From Haloquadratum sp. (GTDB lineage: Archaea; Halobacteriota; Halobacteria; Halobacteriales; Haloferacaceae), in the NCBI GenBank assembly GCA_031580685.1, contig JAVLBV010000006.1:2221-42220 (forward strand): 40,000 nt of DNA. The letters run 5' to 3'. Every line of letters starts with the position of its first letter. Position 1 is the stretch's first letter. Shown here piece by piece: positions 15,453 through 25,337 of the stretch. A program made the translations under genes and the position numbers. The notes under the pieces are model-generated. The model did not search any database and had not been told where the DNA came from. It was given only the letters and a program-made list of their open reading frames with translations.

Positions 15453-16827
15453 GGAGCCCGGCACCGACGGCGGTCTCGCCGAAGTGGACCCCACCGGTGA
15501 TCTCGTGCCGACCACGCATGTACGGTCGCAGCACCGGCGGGACCGTGACGGTCCCCTCCGATGTCTGGTAGTACTCCAGGATGGCGACCATGATGCGGGG
15601 TACCGCGAGGCCCGACCCGTTGAGGGTGTGGAGGTACTCCGCCGATTCATGCCGCTCGGGGCGGTAGCGCAGCCCCGCGCGGCGCGCCTGGTAGGCCCCG
15701 AAGTGCGAGACGCTGGAGACCTCGAGCCACCGGCCGCCCTCCGGTGGACCATCGGCCATCTCGTCCGCTGGGGCCCACACCTCGATGTCGTACTTCTTGC
15801 GCTGGGTGAACCCGAGGTCGCCGGTGCACATCTCCAGGATGCGATACGGCAGCTCGAGCCCCTGCAGGACGGCCTCGGCCTCGGCGACGAGGCCATCGAA
15901 CCGGTCCGGGGCGTCCTCCGGGGTGGTGAAGTTCACGAGCTCGACCTTGTTGAACTGATGGACCCGCACGATCCCACGGGTCTCGGTGCCGTGCTCTCCC
16001 GCCTCACGCCGGAAGTTGGGGGTGTACGCCTGCAGCTTCAGCGGGAGCTCGTCCGCCAGCAGGATCTCCTCGCGGAACATGTTGGTGACCGGCACCTCCG
16101 CGGTCGGACACAGCCACAGGTCCGTCGGCGCGTAGGGATCCGTGTTCGACCCACCCAGCCGATACGCATCCTCGGTGAACTTCGGGAACTGCCCGGTGCC
16201 CTCCATCGCCGTCGATCGCACGGGGATGGGCGGGAACACGTCGATGTAGCCCTGCTCGCGATGGACGTTCAGCATGTACTGGATCAGTGCATGCTCCAGC
16301 ATCGCCCCCTCCCCGACGGTGAAGTAGAAGCCACCACCGGCGACCTTCGCCCCGCGGTCGAAGTCGAGGATCCCCAGCGACTCGCCCAGGTCATAGTGCG
16401 GGATGACCGGGTCGGGGAGGCTGCGGATGGTCTCGAAGCCCCACCGACGCAGCTGCACGTTGTCCGACTCGTCCTCCCCGACAGGCACCGCGGGGTCGGG
16501 CAGCTGCGGGATGCGCATGAGCGCCTCGATCAGCTCACGCTCCAGCGCCTCGGTCTCCGCCTCGAGCTCATCCAGGGCGGCGTTGACCGACTGTGACCGG
16601 TCGATCGCCGCAGCAGCGGCGGCGTCCTCACCCGCCGCCTTGAGCTCGCCCACCTCCCGCGAGATCGTGTTGCGCTGGTGCCGGAGGTCGTCGACCTCCT
16701 GCTTCTGCGCGCGCCACCGTCCGTCGAGTTCGAGCACCGCATCGAGGTCCACATCCGCCATCCCCTTCTGCGCCATCGCGACACGGACACGGTCCGGATC
16801 TTCGCGCAGGAGGCGGCGGTCGATCAT
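15445..16827 (-). CDS. serS: Serine--tRNA ligase
   Basis: A 460-aa protein with an N-terminal coiled-coil tRNA-binding arm and class II motifs (FRREAGEHGTETRGIVRVHQF; GSGLAVPRIMVAILE). Confidence 0.95.
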   Translation of the reverse strand: MIDRRLLREDPDRVRVAMAQKGMADVDLDAVLELDGRWRAQKQEVDDLRHQRNTISREVGELKAAGEDAAAAAAIDRSQSVNAALDELEAETEALERELIEALMRIPQLPDPAVPVGEDESDNVQLRRWGFETIRSLPDPVIPHYDLGESLGILDFDRGAKVAGGGFYFTVGEGAMLEHALIQYMLNVHREQGYIDVFPPIPVRSTAMEGTGQFPKFTEDAYRLGGSNTDPYAPTDLWLCPTAEVPVTNMFREEILLADELPLKLQAYTPNFRREAGEHGTETRGIVRVHQFNKVELVNFTTPEDAPDRFDGLVAEAEAVLQGLELPYRILEMCTGDLGFTQRKKYDIEVWAPADEMADGPPEGGRWLEVSSVSHFGAYQARRAGLRYRPERHESAEYLHTLNGSGLAVPRIMVAILEYYQTSEGTVTVPPVLRPYMRGRHEITGGVHFGETAVGAGLRD

Positions 16828-16882
16828 GCCACAGGTTCAGAATGTGCCGGCAAAACCGTGTCGCATCCGCCGAATCTCATGG

Positions 16883-16888
16883 TTTATA
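16883..16888 (+). promoter_or_regulatory. TATA box (TTTATA) for the MBL-fold hydrolase gene
   Basis: This is the best TATA match in the window. It lies about 20 nt upstream of ATG 16906 and about 26 nt upstream of ATG 16912, and it argues against the in-frame ATG at 16879. Confidence 0.45.
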
Positions 16889-16905
16889 CGGGACTGTTGG
16901 GTGAG

Positions 16906-17805
16906 ATGGGTATGGCCTCTGGGGAACCGGTCAGGGTGGACGCAGCCGAGGGATGGTGGATGCTCGAGATGGAGATGTATGGGACCCAGGGATACGGCGT
17001 GGTCTACGTGCTGGAGGCGGCCCACCCGGTGGTGGTCGACACCGGACTGGGGCGCAACACCGCATGGATCGTTGCGCTCCTCGAGGAGCATGGCGTCGAC
17101 CGCACCGATCCCATCTCCATCCTGGTGACACACGTGCATCTCGATCACGCCGGCGGTGTGGGGCGCCTCTGTGCGGCCTTCCCGCAGGCTGAGGTGTACG
17201 TCCACGAGCGGGGCGCCAGACATCTGAGCGAACCGGATCGCCTCGTCACCGGGACCAAGCAGGCTGTGGGGCACATGTGGCGGTACTACGAGGATCCTGT
17301 GCCGGTGCCCCCCGAGCGCATCACCACCGTCGGCGATGGCGACCACATCGACGCAGGCGGCCATCCGTTCGCGGTGCGTGCAGCACCCGGACATGCGCCG
17401 CACCAGGTCACCTTCCATGACCAGGATGCAGACGTGATGTTCTGCGCCGACGCCATGGGCATCCGGATCCCCGGGACCGGCCGGGTGATCGCCTCCACTC
17501 CGCCCCCGCAGTTCGACCTCGCGCTGGCGCGAGCAGACGTCGCGATGATCGCCGAGGAGGCGCCTGCGACGCTCTGCTATGCCCACCACGGGCACCGACC
17601 GTTCGAGCCGGCGGTCGCCGACCGGTACGATGACATCCTGCAGCGGTTCGTCGCGGAGACGGCTGCGGCGTTGGAGACACAGTCGCTGGAGGATGTCATC
17701 GATGCGGTCACCGCCGACTACGATGCGGAGGCCGTGTGGGGCGCAGAGAAGACCCGGGCTGAGGCGTCGCTCAACGTGCGTGGCATCGCCGCGATGGACC
17801 CCTGA
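16906..17805 (+). CDS. MBL-fold metallo-hydrolase
   Basis: It has the metal motif THVHLDHAGG and downstream His/Asp ligands (APGHAPH, FCADAMG, YAHHGH). Start is ATG 16906 or 16912 (MGMASGEP), and TATA spacing slightly favours 16912. Confidence 0.85.
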   Translation: MGMASGEPVRVDAAEGWWMLEMEMYGTQGYGVVYVLEAAHPVVVDTGLGRNTAWIVALLEEHGVDRTDPISILVTHVHLDHAGGVGRLCAAFPQAEVYVHERGARHLSEPDRLVTGTKQAVGHMWRYYEDPVPVPPERITTVGDGDHIDAGGHPFAVRAAPGHAPHQVTFHDQDADVMFCADAMGIRIPGTGRVIASTPPPQFDLALARADVAMIAEEAPATLCYAHHGHRPFEPAVADRYDDILQRFVAETAAALETQSLEDVIDAVTADYDAEAVWGAEKTRAEASLNVRGIAAMDP

Positions 17806-17811
17806 GAGGGG

Positions 17812-19746
17812 TCAGTCGTCGGCGGGTGCGGACGCCCCGGAGCTGACACCCGTGCCCGGACCGATGTCGATCCCGAGTGCCTCGAGGCGCTCATCGGGCA
17901 CCACCCCATCGACCCACTGACGGCGGGCGTAGTACTCCTCCTTCATCTCCTCGAGCTCGCACAGCTGCCCCTCCGACGCACCCTGACCGGGCACCGCCTC
18001 CTCGCCCTCGATGAACCGCCCCGGCAGCGAATCATCCGCCCCGTCGAAGCCGGCGAGGTTGTTGTAGTACCGCTCGAGGGTGTAGATGCGGTCACCCGTC
18101 TCGAGCAGCTCCTCCTCGGTCACATCGAGTCCGGTCATCCCGTTGTACTGCAGGACGTACTCCTCGATCCCCTCGGCGAACGCGTTGAACTTGCAGATGT
18201 CGAAGGAGTCCGAGACCGCATGGAGGTCCTGGAACAACGCACACAGCTCACCCTTGCCCTCCCAGTCGTGGGGGTCCACCTTCTCTGGGATCCCCAGGAT
18301 CTCCGCTGCCGGGGTGTACCCCCGGAGGTGACACGCACCGCGGTTGGAGGTCGCATAGCCGATGCCCATCCCCTTCATCGACCGGGGGTCGTACGCAGGG
18401 ATGGTCTGGCCCTTGACAGCCAGTGAGTTGTTCTGTGCGTCATGCGCCTCGGCGACCCGGCGGGGGCCCTCCGCGAGCAGCCGCCCCAGCTCGGAGGTGT
18501 GCCGGCCCATCTGGTCGAGCAGGTCGATCATGTGCTCGGTGTCGCCCCACTCGATACCGTCATCCAGGTCCGCCAGCTTGCCCTGCTCGGTCATCTCCAT
18601 CGCCATGGCGATCATGTTGCCCGCCTCGATCGTGTCGACACCGAGATCGTTGCACATGTTGATCATCACGGCGATGCTGTCGCGGTCATCGTTCATCGAG
18701 TTCGGCCCGAGCGCGAACGCAGACTCGTACTCGTAGGACTCCCCACGGACGTTCAGCTCCTCACCCTTGTGCCGGTACGTCACCTCGACCTCCTTCTTGC
18801 AGGCGACCGGACAGGAGTGACAGGTGGGTTCGTCCACCAGGATGTTCTCCCGGACGTTCTCCCCGGAGACCCGCTCTGGGTCGATGTTCGGGGACGACGC
18901 ATCGGCGGCCGTCTCGGAGTGCGCCGACGTGAACCGGCCGTTGCGGGTCGGCAGCCCGTCCATCTCCTCGGTGAGGTTCATCAGCACGTTCGTGCCGAAC
19001 AGCGAGAGACCACCCTCGTTCGGGGCGGTCACATCGTTCTCGCGGATCAGCTGCATGGCCTGCTGATACCCCTGCTTGAACGTCTCGGGGTCCTTCGGCT
19101 TGGGCATCCGCGTGCCCGCCTTGATGACCACGGCCTTCAGCTGCTTCGCACCCATCACGCAGCCGGTGCCGCCCCGGCCGGAGGACCGGTCGTCCTCGTT
19201 GACGATGCAGGCGAAGCGCGTGCCGTTCTCCCCACCGGGACCGATCGCCATCGCCGAGAGGTCCCGGCCGAACGTGCCGTCGATCTCCTCCTCGATCGCC
19301 GCCATCGTGTCGTGGACGCCCTGTCCCCACCATGCCGACGCATCGCGGATCTCGACCTCACCATCCTCGACGTAGAGGTACCGTGGCCCATCCGCAGCAC
19401 CCTCGACGAGCAGGCCGTCGAAGCCGGCCCACTTCAGACGCGCTCCGGACCATCCACCGTGATGGGAATCGGTCACGGTCCCCGTCAGCGGTGATTTGGT
19501 GCAGATCGCGATGCGGCCACTCATCGGGGCCTGTGTCCCTGTCAGCGGGCCGTTCATGAACGCGAGGAGGTTGTCCGGGCTGTCCGGGTCAACCTCCGGA
19601 CCCTGGTCGAAGACGTACTTCACACCGAGACCGCGACCCCCGATGTACTTGCGTGCGGCATCCTCTGGGATGGATTCGTATGCGACCGACTCGTTGGAGA
19701 GGTCGATCCGTGCCACGTGATCTTGGAATCCGCCTTGGTCTGTCAT
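17812..19746 (-). CDS. aor: Aldehyde:ferredoxin oxidoreductase family (tungstopterin enzyme)
   Basis: A 644-aa protein with the AOR N-domain (IGGRGLGVKYV) and the [4Fe-4S] ligand context CHSCPVACKK. GIGYATSNRGACHLRG is typical of AOR-family proteins. Confidence 0.93.
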   Translation of the reverse strand: MTDQGGFQDHVARIDLSNESVAYESIPEDAARKYIGGRGLGVKYVFDQGPEVDPDSPDNLLAFMNGPLTGTQAPMSGRIAICTKSPLTGTVTDSHHGGWSGARLKWAGFDGLLVEGAADGPRYLYVEDGEVEIRDASAWWGQGVHDTMAAIEEEIDGTFGRDLSAMAIGPGGENGTRFACIVNEDDRSSGRGGTGCVMGAKQLKAVVIKAGTRMPKPKDPETFKQGYQQAMQLIRENDVTAPNEGGLSLFGTNVLMNLTEEMDGLPTRNGRFTSAHSETAADASSPNIDPERVSGENVRENILVDEPTCHSCPVACKKEVEVTYRHKGEELNVRGESYEYESAFALGPNSMNDDRDSIAVMINMCNDLGVDTIEAGNMIAMAMEMTEQGKLADLDDGIEWGDTEHMIDLLDQMGRHTSELGRLLAEGPRRVAEAHDAQNNSLAVKGQTIPAYDPRSMKGMGIGYATSNRGACHLRGYTPAAEILGIPEKVDPHDWEGKGELCALFQDLHAVSDSFDICKFNAFAEGIEEYVLQYNGMTGLDVTEEELLETGDRIYTLERYYNNLAGFDGADDSLPGRFIEGEEAVPGQGASEGQLCELEEMKEEYYARRQWVDGVVPDERLEALGIDIGPGTGVSSGASAPADD

Positions 19747-19870
19747 AGTATGTGCCTACACTTACCATGGTCCTGTCAGACAAAGAGGGTTCAGGCCACC
19801 CCGTAATCAATAATCGTTACACATCAGATGCGCCCGGTGGGGCTAAATCCACCGCACCTGTGGTCGGGGC

Positions 19871-20965
19871 ATGAGCACGCCGAGCCCCGAACCCCGCGAG
19901 GATCATCGGGGCATGGACGCACACAACGCGGTGATGCGCGAGATCCGGGGGCTGAACGAGCAGTCGTACGCGCCAGATGCGCCCACCCGGGTGTGGATGG
20001 ACGAGGACAACACACCGGCGGGGATCGTCCGGTCGCTGACGATCATCATGAACACCGGGGGGTGTCGGTGGGCCCGCGCTGGCGGCTGCACGATGTGCGG
20101 GTACGTGGCCGAGTCCGTGGAGGGGGGGACGGTCGCACACGCGGACCTCATGGCACAGATCGACGCGGCCCTCGCACATGAGGCGGGGGCTGCAGAGACC
20201 CCTGCCGCGCAGGTGAAGATCTACACCTCCGGATCGTTCCTGGATGACCGGGAGGTCCCCCCGGAGACCCGCGAGGCGATCGCGGCGCGGTTGGGCCCGC
20301 GGGATCGGATCGTGCTCGAGTCGCTTCCGGACTTCGTCGAGCCGCAGAAGCTGCGTCCGTTCCTCGCACAGGGGATGGCCACTGACATCGCGATCGGCCT
20401 GGAGACGTCCTCCGACCGCATCCGGCGGGATGCGGTGAACAAGTACTTCGCGTTCGAGGCGTTCGAGCAGGCCGCAGCGGCGGTGGCGTCCGCGGGCGCA
20501 GCTGCCGACCCTCCAGCGGGCATCAAGGCGTACCTGCTGCTGAAGCCACCGTTCCTCGCGGAGGGGGAGGCCGTCGAGGACATGATCAGCTCCATCCGTG
20601 ACTGTGCGGCCACCGCGGGTGTGCACACCGTCTCGATGAACCCGACCAACGTGCAGTCGTACACGATGGTGAACGAGCTGTACCGTGCGGGCGGGTATCG
20701 TCCCCCATGGCTGTGGTCGGTCGCGGCGGTGCTCCGGGAGACGGCTGCGGACCCGGTGCTCGTCGTGTCCGACCCCGTCGGTGCAGGGGCCGATCGCGGT
20801 GCACACAACTGCGGGGAGTGCGATGACCTGGTCTACCGGGCGATCAAGGACTTCAACCTCCGGCAGGACCCGTCGGTGTTCGATGAGGTCAGCTGCACGT
20901 GTGAGTCCGCATGGGACTTCGTCATGGCGGAGGAGACGGGGTACAACCAGCCGCTGATCAGCTGA
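19871..20965 (+). CDS. Archaeosine biosynthesis radical SAM protein RaSEA (TIGR01210-type)
   Basis: It has the atypical radical-SAM cluster motif GGCRWARAGGCTMCGY, followed by KIYTSGSFLD, ESLPDF, IGLETS and a C-terminal CGECD. An alternative start is the internal MDAHNAV. Confidence 0.82.
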   Translation: MSTPSPEPREDHRGMDAHNAVMREIRGLNEQSYAPDAPTRVWMDEDNTPAGIVRSLTIIMNTGGCRWARAGGCTMCGYVAESVEGGTVAHADLMAQIDAALAHEAGAAETPAAQVKIYTSGSFLDDREVPPETREAIAARLGPRDRIVLESLPDFVEPQKLRPFLAQGMATDIAIGLETSSDRIRRDAVNKYFAFEAFEQAAAAVASAGAAADPPAGIKAYLLLKPPFLAEGEAVEDMISSIRDCAATAGVHTVSMNPTNVQSYTMVNELYRAGGYRPPWLWSVAAVLRETAADPVLVVSDPVGAGADRGAHNCGECDDLVYRAIKDFNLRQDPSVFDEVSCTCESAWDFVMAEETGYNQPLIS

Positions 20966-21644
20966 GAGGGCGGGCCAGCCCCGCGAGGATCGCTGCACCG
21001 TCGGTCGAGTGGGACACCCCCGAAACGGTGGCCCGCTCCGGATGTGGCATCATCACGGCGGTGCTCGGGTGCGCCCCGATGACGGCCGCGATGTTCCCCA
21101 CGGACCCGTTCGGGTTCGCCGCCGGTGTGACCGCGCCGGAGGCATCACAGTACCGCAGCAGGATGCGGCCGTCGGCCTCGAGCCCCGCGACCGTCTCCTC
21201 GTCGGCGAGGTACCGGCCCGCACCGTGGGCGATGGGCAGGTGCAGGACGTCCCCGACCTCCAGCGCGGCGGTGAACGGGGTCGCAGTCGTCTCGACCCGG
21301 CAGTGGACCCATTCACACCGGAACCGCGCCGACGTGTTCGTCGTGAAGCTCCCGGGGACGAGTCCACGCTCTGCGCCGACCTGCGCGCCGTTGCAGATGC
21401 CGAGCACCGGCACGGTCCCCAGCCGGTCCTCGACGTGTGCCATGATGGGCGAGCGTGCGGCCATCGCCCCCGGCCGCAGGTAGTCACCGTAGGAGAACCC
21501 CCCCGGCAGCACGACCGCCGTCGCGTCCGCAGGCAGTGCGTCCGCGTGCCAGATCCGCTGTGCTGCAAGCCCGATGTGGTCGGTGGCGGTCACCACATCG
21601 CGGTCGCAGTTCGACCCCCCGAACTGGATGACAGCGACGCTCAC
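20958..21644 (-). CDS. purQ: Phosphoribosylformylglycinamidine synthase subunit PurQ (glutaminase)
   Basis: Seen in the translation: [23 protein letters not shown], the catalytic GICNGAQ, and MPHPER. Confidence 0.92.
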   Translation of the reverse strand: MSVAVIQFGGSNCDRDVVTATDHIGLAAQRIWHADALPADATAVVLPGGFSYGDYLRPGAMAARSPIMAHVEDRLGTVPVLGICNGAQVGAERGLVPGSFTTNTSARFRCEWVHCRVETTATPFTAALEVGDVLHLPIAHGAGRYLADEETVAGLEADGRILLRYCDASGAVTPAANPNGSVGNIAAVIGAHPSTAVMMPHPERATVSGVSHSTDGAAILAGLARPLS

Positions 21645-21892
21645 CGGGGGTGTACCTCGACATCGTAGCTGTGGAGTGTGGGGTTCGCGAGCAGCTGCTC
21701 TGCCATCGCGGTGGCCGTCGTCTCCGCCGCATCCGCAGAGGTGGCATCCAGCGTCACCTCGAAGCGATCCGCATGTGTGAGCGCCTCATGCTCGAGGCCG
21801 AGCCGCCTGAGCGCCGCAGAGGTCGTCTCCGCCTCCGGGTCGAGCACACCCGTCTTGAGCCGCACGGTGACCACCGCAGAGTACCGGGGCAT
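21641..21892 (-). CDS. purS: Phosphoribosylformylglycinamidine synthase subunit PurS
   Basis: An 83-aa protein, MPRYSAVVTVRLKTGVLDPEAETTSAALRRLG... Its stop overlaps the purQ start by 4 nt. Confidence 0.88.
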   Translation of the reverse strand: MPRYSAVVTVRLKTGVLDPEAETTSAALRRLGLEHEALTHADRFEVTLDATSADAAETTATAMAEQLLANPTLHSYDVEVHPR

Positions 21893-21917
21893 ACCGGACG
21901 CTGCACCCGTCAGCGCA

Positions 21918-22943
21918 TTAGCTGTTCTGACCATCGATGAGCGCATCGACACGCTGGGCCGCCGCCGACAGATCCCCGACGCCGAAGTGGTCCCTGCCGG
22001 TGTAGCCGTCGGCACCCGCCTGGTACAGCCGTTCGACCGCCGTCTTGAGCGCCGATGGGAGTCTGGGTGGCTCCACGTCGACGGCCGCCTGCCAGCCGGG
22101 GCCGTCGGTGCGCTTGGCCTCCCGGATGGCTCGGTACCAGCCTGGGGCGGCCTCACGGTAGTGCATCCGGAGCACCTCCTTCGAGACGGGGACCCCATCA
22201 TACCGGAAGCGGTTCTCGTCGAACGTCCCCGCCACATCAGCCACGCGCAGCTCGCCCGCCGCATAGAGGCACTCGATCTTCCCGTCGAGATGGTCGAAGC
22301 CGGCCGCGGTGGCGGCCGCGGTCACCTCTGCGTTCACCGCCCGGGCGAGCGACTCGAGCTCGTCGAGGTCGGCGGGTCCCGCGATCGCCGCCGCCTCCTC
22401 GCGGTCGAGGTAGCGATCCTGTGGTTCGAACTTCGTCGAGAACTCGACCAGTGGGGACGCGAGACGGACCGTCTCCGGTGGCCACTCCCGGCGGTCGATG
22501 CCGCAGGCCCTCGGGGCCAGCCGACTGCGGACGCTCGAGGCGGGTGGGATCGCGTTGCGGAAGACGACCTCCAGGGGGACGAGCTGGTGCGCTCCACCCG
22601 CATCGTGATACGCCGCGTAGTCGAACCCACCGTCCACCTGCGGCAGCTCGGGTGTCTGCGTCAGCTCGATCACCATCCGCCGTGGGGGTGAGGCGGCCCC
22701 GGCGAGTGGCTGCGGTGCAGCAGGATCACCCACCCCCGCATAGTGGGTGGCGATGCCCGCGGCCTCCAACCGCTCGAACGTGTGCGCACCCATCGTGCAC
22801 AGCACCGCCCCCTTCTCCGCGAGGCGGTCCGGCATCACCCCCCAGTCGAAGATGGAGTACCGGTCGGTGAAGTAGAACGCACCCACGCCGGCGGCCTCGG
22901 GGGTGGGTGGGGTGAGCACCTCGAACTCCTTCACGCTCGTCAT
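21918..22943 (-). CDS. purC: Phosphoribosylaminoimidazole-succinocarboxamide synthase (long archaeal form)
   Basis: Seen in the translation: FYFTDRYSIFDWG, LVPLEVVFRN, EFSTKFEPQDRYL and DGKIECLY. Start is at MTSVKEF (ATG 22943). Confidence 0.9.
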   Translation of the reverse strand: MTSVKEFEVLTPPTPEAAGVGAFYFTDRYSIFDWGVMPDRLAEKGAVLCTMGAHTFERLEAAGIATHYAGVGDPAAPQPLAGAASPPRRMVIELTQTPELPQVDGGFDYAAYHDAGGAHQLVPLEVVFRNAIPPASSVRSRLAPRACGIDRREWPPETVRLASPLVEFSTKFEPQDRYLDREEAAAIAGPADLDELESLARAVNAEVTAAATAAGFDHLDGKIECLYAAGELRVADVAGTFDENRFRYDGVPVSKEVLRMHYREAAPGWYRAIREAKRTDGPGWQAAVDVEPPRLPSALKTAVERLYQAGADGYTGRDHFGVGDLSAAAQRVDALIDGQNS

Positions 22944-23024
22944 GCCGGAGAGGGGACCGATGGTGACAAGAACCCTTCTGGGAGACGGCCACACTCAAAT
23001 GCTCCAGCGCCCGATGCACAGACG

Positions 23025-23573
23025 ATGATGGTGACCACACACGTGGCGATGGGACTGCTGCTGGCGGTGCCCATCGCCATCGTGGCGCCGGTGTACGCGC
23101 CGGTGGCCGCGCTCGGGGCGATCATCGGCGGCATCGTCCCGGACATCGACCTGTTCGTGGGGCAGCACCGCCGGAGCCTCCACTACCCCACGTACTACCC
23201 GCTGGGGGCGGCCGTGGTGGGAGCCCTCGCGGTGGCCACCGCAGCGCCCATGGCGGTCGCCGCGGCGGTGGCGCTGGGGTCCGCAGGGCTGCACTCGATC
23301 ACGGATTGGCTGGGCGCAGGTGATGAGCTCAGGCCATGGGAGCGCACCTCCCCACGGGGGGTGTACCTCCACGTGCGCCGGCGCTGGCTGCGGCCGCGGT
23401 ACCTCGTCCGGTACGATGGCGCACCGGAGGACCTCATGCTGACCGTGCTCTGTGCCGCACCGGCGATGGTCGTCTATGAGGGGCCGATCCGCGCGATCAT
23501 CGCCGTCGGCATCGTGGTCGCGATGCTCTACACCCTGGTCCGCAAGCGCCTGCCCGACCTGCTCGGCATCTGA
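23025..23573 (+). CDS. Membrane-bound metal-dependent hydrolase (YdjM/DUF457 family)
   Basis: A 182-aa polytopic protein, MMVTTHVAMGLLLAVP...GGIVPDIDLFV...HRRSLHYP...HSITDW. The upstream part of the track ORF is antisense to purC. Confidence 0.7.
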   Translation: MMVTTHVAMGLLLAVPIAIVAPVYAPVAALGAIIGGIVPDIDLFVGQHRRSLHYPTYYPLGAAVVGALAVATAAPMAVAAAVALGSAGLHSITDWLGAGDELRPWERTSPRGVYLHVRRRWLRPRYLVRYDGAPEDLMLTVLCAAPAMVVYEGPIRAIIAVGIVVAMLYTLVRKRLPDLLGI

Positions 23574-24653
23574 TCATCCCCCCTCGGCGAGGACCGCTGT
23601 GAGGGCTGGGTCCGCCTCGATGACCGCACGGATGCGCTCAGCGACCCACCGGTCATCGGGCGCCTCCAGATAGCGCGTGTGGACGGCGAGACGCTCGCGG
23701 AGCGTCCCACCCTGCGCGGCGACGACCGCACGCAGGTGCTCCACCGCCGGCCAGGGGTGCGCCGGGTTGATGTGGTCCACGGTCACCGGTGAGACACCGC
23801 CGAGGTCATCGACCCCGTAGCTGAGCAGCCCCTCGATCGGCGAGAGGTTCGGGGGGACCTGGACGGCCACCTCCGCCGGCAGGATCGTGCGGGCCATCGT
23901 GAGCACCCGCCGTATCGTCTGAAGCCCCGGCTGTGGGTACGGTGAGCGCTCGTTGGGGACCACCCCCTGGATGATCACCTCCTGGATGTGTCCATGCCGT
24001 GCGTGCAGGGAGGCGATGGCGGCGAGGCTCTCGGCACGGTCCCGCCAGCTCTCGCCGATGCCCACGAGGATCCCCGTCGTGAAGGGGACCCGTGCGCGGC
24101 CGGCGGCGGCGATCGTCTCGAGGCGGTCCGCCGGTGTCTTGCGCCGCTCACCCGCATGGGCGGCGACCTCCGCGGTGGTCTCGAGCATCACGCCCATCGA
24201 GGCGTTCACCGGCGCCAGCTGCTCGAAGTCCGCGTCGGTCAGATCCCCGGGGTTCGAATGCGGGAGCAGCCCGTGCTCGAGCGCACGCTCACAGCAGTCA
24301 CGCAGGTACGACAGGATCGACGCGTACCCCCACGCTCGCAGCTGCTCGTGGATCGCGGTGTACCGGGCATCCGGCCGGTCTCCGAAGGTGAACAGCGCCT
24401 CGGTGCACCCGACGGCCTTCGCATCGGCAAGCAGCTCATCGACCGCTGCGGGCGACAGCAGCGACGCCTCCCCGGGTGGATCGTAGTAGGTGCAGTACCC
24501 GCAGGTGTACCGACAGGCCGTCGTGAGCGGGATGAACACGTTCCGGGCGAAGGTGACCGGCTCGCGGACGCGGACGGGAGATGGTGCCAGCTGTGCGACC
24601 CCCTCGATCTGGTGTGGATCGAGCGACGCGACGATGGGGTGCGTGGCTGCCAT
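23574..24653 (-). CDS. cofG: 7,8-didemethyl-8-hydroxy-5-deazariboflavin (FO) synthase subunit CofG
   Basis: It has the radical-SAM motif CRYTCGYCTY, followed by ALFTFGDRPD, GLLPHSNPG and GILVGIGES. Confidence 0.9.
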   Translation of the reverse strand: MAATHPIVASLDPHQIEGVAQLAPSPVRVREPVTFARNVFIPLTTACRYTCGYCTYYDPPGEASLLSPAAVDELLADAKAVGCTEALFTFGDRPDARYTAIHEQLRAWGYASILSYLRDCCERALEHGLLPHSNPGDLTDADFEQLAPVNASMGVMLETTAEVAAHAGERRKTPADRLETIAAAGRARVPFTTGILVGIGESWRDRAESLAAIASLHARHGHIQEVIIQGVVPNERSPYPQPGLQTIRRVLTMARTILPAEVAVQVPPNLSPIEGLLSYGVDDLGGVSPVTVDHINPAHPWPAVEHLRAVVAAQGGTLRERLAVHTRYLEAPDDRWVAERIRAVIEADPALTAVLAEGG

Positions 24654-24703
24654 TGGGTGCGCGGTCTCGGGGATGCGGTCACCTCACTGTTATGATACCG
24701 GCA

Positions 24704-25330
24704 TCACCGACCCATCGCGACCCGGCCGTCGGTGCGTGTGAGGCTGCATCCCCACGAGCGCAGGAGCCGGGCCGCCTCACCCTCCGTGTGCAGCAGCAGC
24801 TCCGGGAGGTCCTCGGGCTCATCGATGTCCGTCGCGAGGCGCATCGAGTCGACCTCCACGGGGGCATCCCCCAGCGCGTGCGCGGTCTGCCGGTGATCCT
24901 CGATCGACACCCCGTGGAAGTCGGTGCTGAATGCGGGGTCCCGGACCACCAGACCGTTGGTCCCCCCGCCGCGTCCCGGAGCCAGGACGACAGCGCCGGG
25001 GGTGCAGACGAGCCGCTCGACCGCCTGAGGCGTCACCAGGGCGCAGTCGGCCATGATCAGCGCCACCGCATCGGCGTCCCCGGTGAGCCGCCCCTGCAGC
25101 TGCGTGGTCACCGCAGCCGACAGTGGCTGCTGGTCGCGGACCACCGCACAGGCACACGGCAGCGAGCCCCTCGCGGGCGTCAGGACCACCGGGGTGTGTC
25201 CGCTCGCCCCGATGGCCTCGAGCACATCAGACAGCATCGCAGCCGCGAGAGCCTGCCGCTCGGTCGCATCGAGCACCGGCGCGAGCCGCCCCTTCGGCTC
25301 GGCGGGGTCGAAGGGGACGAGCACGTCCAT
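24704..25330 (-). CDS. cofC: 2-phospho-L-lactate guanylyltransferase
   Basis: Seen in the translation: MDVLVPFDPAEPKGRLAPVL, MLSDVL, IMADCALVTP, GRGGGTNGL and ATDIDEPEDL. Start is at ATG 25330. Confidence 0.85.
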   Translation of the reverse strand: MDVLVPFDPAEPKGRLAPVLDATERQALAAAMLSDVLEAIGASGHTPVVLTPARGSLPCACAVVRDQQPLSAAVTTQLQGRLTGDADAVALIMADCALVTPQAVERLVCTPGAVVLAPGRGGGTNGLVVRDPAFSTDFHGVSIEDHRQTAHALGDAPVEVDSMRLATDIDEPEDLPELLLHTEGEAARLLRSWGCSLTRTDGRVAMGR

Positions 25331-25337
25331 CGCCCGC

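Noticed and set aside
14689-16596. A 635-aa plus-strand ORF spanning tsr3 and serS
   Set aside because: It is antisense to two strongly recognisable genes. Its product is Ser/Ala/Arg/Gly-rich with no motifs. Long stop-free antisense frames are expected at this GC content.
18442-20998. Long antisense ORFs: 18442..19494 (+, 350 aa) opposite AOR and 19817..20998 (-, 393 aa) opposite RaSEA
   Set aside because: Their composition is Arg/Pro/Gly/His-rich and unlike real proteins of this genome. The opposite strands carry clear AOR and radical-SAM signatures.
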